A stretch of DNA of 32,000 nucleotides. Source: an uncultured Actinomycetes bacterium (GTDB lineage Bacteria > Actinomycetota > Nitriliruptoria > Nitriliruptorales > Nitriliruptoraceae). The position numbers and the translations under genes are program-made. Position 1 is the stretch's first letter. Every line of letters begins with the position of its first letter. Below are positions 29,799-32,000 of the stretch, piece after piece. The stretch spans positions 269,595 to 301,594 of the forward strand of contig CAVUJQ010000001.1 of the NCBI GenBank assembly GCA_963741855.1, given 5' to 3'. Below the pieces are notes generated by a model, which saw nothing but the letters and a program-made list of their open reading frames with translations, had not been told where the DNA came from and did no database searches.

Positions 29799-29862
29799 CG
29801 CGAAACGCAACCGCAACGGACCGGACGGAGCGACGAAACCGGTGCTGGTCACCTTCCCCCGC

Positions 29863-31554
29863 ATGGACCCCACCGCCTCCGCCGCCCTACCGGCGCTCCC
29901 GCTCCTCGCCCCGCCCCGGGCCGGCTCCGGCTGCGGGCCGGCGCCCGACCCCGTGCGGACCCTCATCGACGAGTTCCTCGAGGTCCAGGCCGGAACGACC
30001 GCGGTCGAGCGCTTCGCCCGCGCGCACGCGGCCGGCGCGCCCCCGTCCGACGCCCCGGCTCCGGCTCGCCTCTACCGCGACCTCCTGCCCGCCCAGCCGC
30101 CCGGACCGGGGCAGCAGTACGCCTTCACCGTCGACCTCGACGCCTGCTCCGGGTGCAAGGCGTGCGTCGCCGCGTGCCACTCGCTCAACGGGCTCGACGA
30201 GGGCGAGTCCTGGCGCGAGGTCGGGCTGCTCGTCGACGCCGGGGACGGGGGCGACCTCCAGAACGTCCCGACCGGATGTCATCACTGTGCCGATCCGGGC
30301 TGTCTCGACGGGTGCCCCGTCGACGCGTACGTGAAGCTCGACGACGGCACCGTCCGCCACCTCGACGACCAGTGCATCGGCTGCAGCTACTGCACCCTCA
30401 CCTGCCCCTACGAGGTGCCGCGCTACGACGCGGGCCGCGGGATCGTCCGCAAGTGCGACCTGTGCCACGACCGGCTCGCGGTGGGTGAGGCGCCGGCGTG
30501 CGTGCAGGGGTGCCCGACCGACGCGATCTCGATCGCGGTCGTGGACCTCGACGCGCCACCGGAAGCCTGGCCGTTCCCCGCCCCGTCGTCGGCGACCACG
30601 CGGCCCACGACCCGGTACGTGACCGCTCGCGGCGTCGCCGACGCGGTCCCGGCCGGCCGCCCCACGGTGGTCCCGCGACACGCCCACCCGCCCCTGGTGG
30701 TGATGCTCGTGTTGACGCAGCTCGCGGTGGGCACCTTCCTGGGGATCGAGACGGTCCGGCGGCTCGGGCTCACCGCCGGGGCCACGGCCGCGACGGGCGC
30801 CGTCGCGGCCCTGGCGGTCACGGTCATGGCCCTCGTGGCGAGCCTCGCCCACCTCGGCCGGCCCCAGCACGCGTGGCGGGCGGTCATCGGGCTCCGGCAC
30901 TCCTGGCTGTCGCGCGAGATCGTCGCCTTCGGTGCGTTCGCCCCGCTCGGGGCGCTGCACGCCCTGGCCGTGGCGGGTCGGTGGTCCGATCGGCTGCCGC
31001 TCGTGCCGCCTGCCGACGTCACCGGCGTGGTCGCGGCGGCGACGGGGGCGGTCGCCGTCGCGACGTCGGTCATGGTCTACGTCGCCACGGGCCGTGAGGG
31101 TTGGCGGCTGCCGTCCGTGGCCACCCGCTTCGGCCTCACCACCCTGAGCCTGGGGGCGCTCGGGACGGCGGTGCTGGCGGTGGCCGGGGTGCTCGGCGCG
31201 GACGCGGCTCCGACGCCGTGGCTCGGCGTCGGGCTCGTCGGCACCGCGGCGAGCGTGGTGGCCGACCTGCTCCCGTTGCGCCACGTCACCGACGACCTCG
31301 TGACGTCCCGGGCGCGGCGGGCGCGTCTGCTCACGACGCGGCTGCTCGGGCTGCTCCAGATCCGTGTCGGGGCGGGGCTCCTCGCGGTCGGCACCGCCTG
31401 GGGGGCGGCGGCCCTGGTCCGGCGGAGTGCCCCGACCGAGGCTGCCGTGCTGGCGGCCTCCGCCCTGCTCCTCGCGGTCGCCGGCGAGCTCGTCGCCCGG
31501 TGGTGCTTCTTCGCCGCTGAGGCGTCCCCGCGGATGCCGGGAGGCCGCCGGTGA
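29863..31554 (+). CDS. Fusion of a 4x[4Fe-4S] ferredoxin-type subunit (DmsB/NrfC-like) with a DmsC-like polytopic membrane anchor
   Basis: ATG at 29863, in frame with ORF 29752-31554. Cys clusters CSGCKACVAAC, CHHCADPGCLDGCP, CIGCSYCTLTCP and CDLCHDRL..APACVQGCP, followed by about 8 hydrophobic helices through to the C-terminus. Confidence 0.8.
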   Translation: MDPTASAALPALPLLAPPRAGSGCGPAPDPVRTLIDEFLEVQAGTTAVERFARAHAAGAPPSDAPAPARLYRDLLPAQPPGPGQQYAFTVDLDACSGCKACVAACHSLNGLDEGESWREVGLLVDAGDGGDLQNVPTGCHHCADPGCLDGCPVDAYVKLDDGTVRHLDDQCIGCSYCTLTCPYEVPRYDAGRGIVRKCDLCHDRLAVGEAPACVQGCPTDAISIAVVDLDAPPEAWPFPAPSSATTRPTTRYVTARGVADAVPAGRPTVVPRHAHPPLVVMLVLTQLAVGTFLGIETVRRLGLTAGATAATGAVAALAVTVMALVASLAHLGRPQHAWRAVIGLRHSWLSREIVAFGAFAPLGALHALAVAGRWSDRLPLVPPADVTGVVAAATGAVAVATSVMVYVATGREGWRLPSVATRFGLTTLSLGALGTAVLAVAGVLGADAAPTPWLGVGLVGTAASVVADLLPLRHVTDDLVTSRARRARLLTTRLLGLLQIRVGAGLLAVGTAWGAAALVRRSAPTEAAVLAASALLLAVAGELVARWCFFAAEASPRMPGGRR

Positions 31555-32000
31555 CCCGCCTCGACGACCTGCTGCGCCGCACGACCGGGCCGCTCACCGA
31601 GGAGCTGGCCCGGGTCCCCGGTGGGTTCGGGCTCGGTCAGGTCCCGGCGGGACGCGCCCCCGACGCCGTCGCGCGGCTCATCTGCGGCTACTGCTCCACC
31701 GGGTGCTCCCTCGACGTGCACCTGAAGGACGGGGCGGCCGTGAACGTCACGCCGACCGTGGACCATCCGGTGAACCGGGGTGCGGCCTGCCCCAAGGGCT
31801 GGGAGGCGCTCGCGCCCATGGCGGCGCCGGACCGGCTGACGACCCCGCTGCTGCGCGACCGCTCGGGCCAGCTCGTCCCCGTCGACTGGGGCACCGCCGC
31901 CCGGACCTTCACGGAGCGGATGCAGGGCATCCAACGGGCGCACGGGCCCGACGCGCTGGCCTTCCTGTCGACCGGGCAGATCCCGAGCGAGGAGATGGCG
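31551..32000 (+). CDS. Molybdopterin (bis-MGD) oxidoreductase catalytic subunit, possibly an assimilatory nitrate reductase, with the 3' end outside the window
   Basis: The GTG at 31551 overlaps the upstream stop (GTGA), and the frame stays open to the window end. The N-terminal 4Fe-4S motif is CGYCSTGCSLDV...AACPKG. No twin-arginine signal with a hydrophobic core is visible. Confidence 0.8.
   Translation, partial: MTRLDDLLRRTTGPLTEELARVPGGFGLGQVPAGRAPDAVARLICGYCSTGCSLDVHLKDGAAVNVTPTVDHPVNRGAACPKGWEALAPMAAPDRLTTPLLRDRSGQLVPVDWGTAARTFTERMQGIQRAHGPDALAFLSTGQIPSEEMA

Overview
This is a very GC-rich segment with third codon positions almost all G/C. Gene content (CarD, IdeR-type repressor, ClpC1-type ATPase, Ser/Thr kinase) points to Actinomycetota. 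I see no convincing new system such as a defence island, toxin locus or mobile element. Most of the window is a conserved housekeeping block.

**Plus strand, 3.8-19.8 kb:** clpC, ideR-like, mutY-like, disA, carD, a PIN/TRAM (YacL-like) gene, ispD, ispF, a GAF histidine kinase with a NarL-type regulator, cysS, rlmB, a Bacillus-Spo0H-like sigma factor, and an S9 peptidase.

**Minus strand, 19.8-25.2 kb:** three secreted proteins. These are an S45 penicillin/AHL-acylase-family protein with an LPXTG anchor, a lipoprotein metallophosphoesterase, and a beta-propeller with an LPXTG anchor.

**25.3-32 kb:** a nitrate/nitrite assimilation locus. nirB-nirD-narK lie on the minus strand. They are divergent from a 4Fe-4S/DmsC-fusion gene and a molybdopterin oxidoreductase that is cut by the window end.

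**First 3.4 kb:** four genes (BNR-repeat LPXTG protein, LOG, Ser/Thr kinase, small lipoprotein) whose protein-like translation changes frame about 20 times in total. About seven isolated frame breaks occur later, in PIN/TRAM, ispD (two), the kinase, the propeller, narK and nirB (two). Several of these sit at homopolymer runs, so sequence error is my leading explanation.

I found no rRNA, tRNA, CRISPR array, transposase or integrase.

**Most noteworthy observations:**
- the Firmicutes-like gene order ending in a Spo0H-type sigma factor
- a two-component system joined to ispDF by overlapping stop/start codons
- three identically built LP[TA]TGGG sorting signals
- the FeS-DmsC fusion paired with a Tat-less molybdoenzyme beside nirBD-narK
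- a localized rare-codon patch inside rlmB
- a 28-nt palindrome in the divergent nirB promoter region

All family assignments come from motif recognition by eye and memory. No searches were run.
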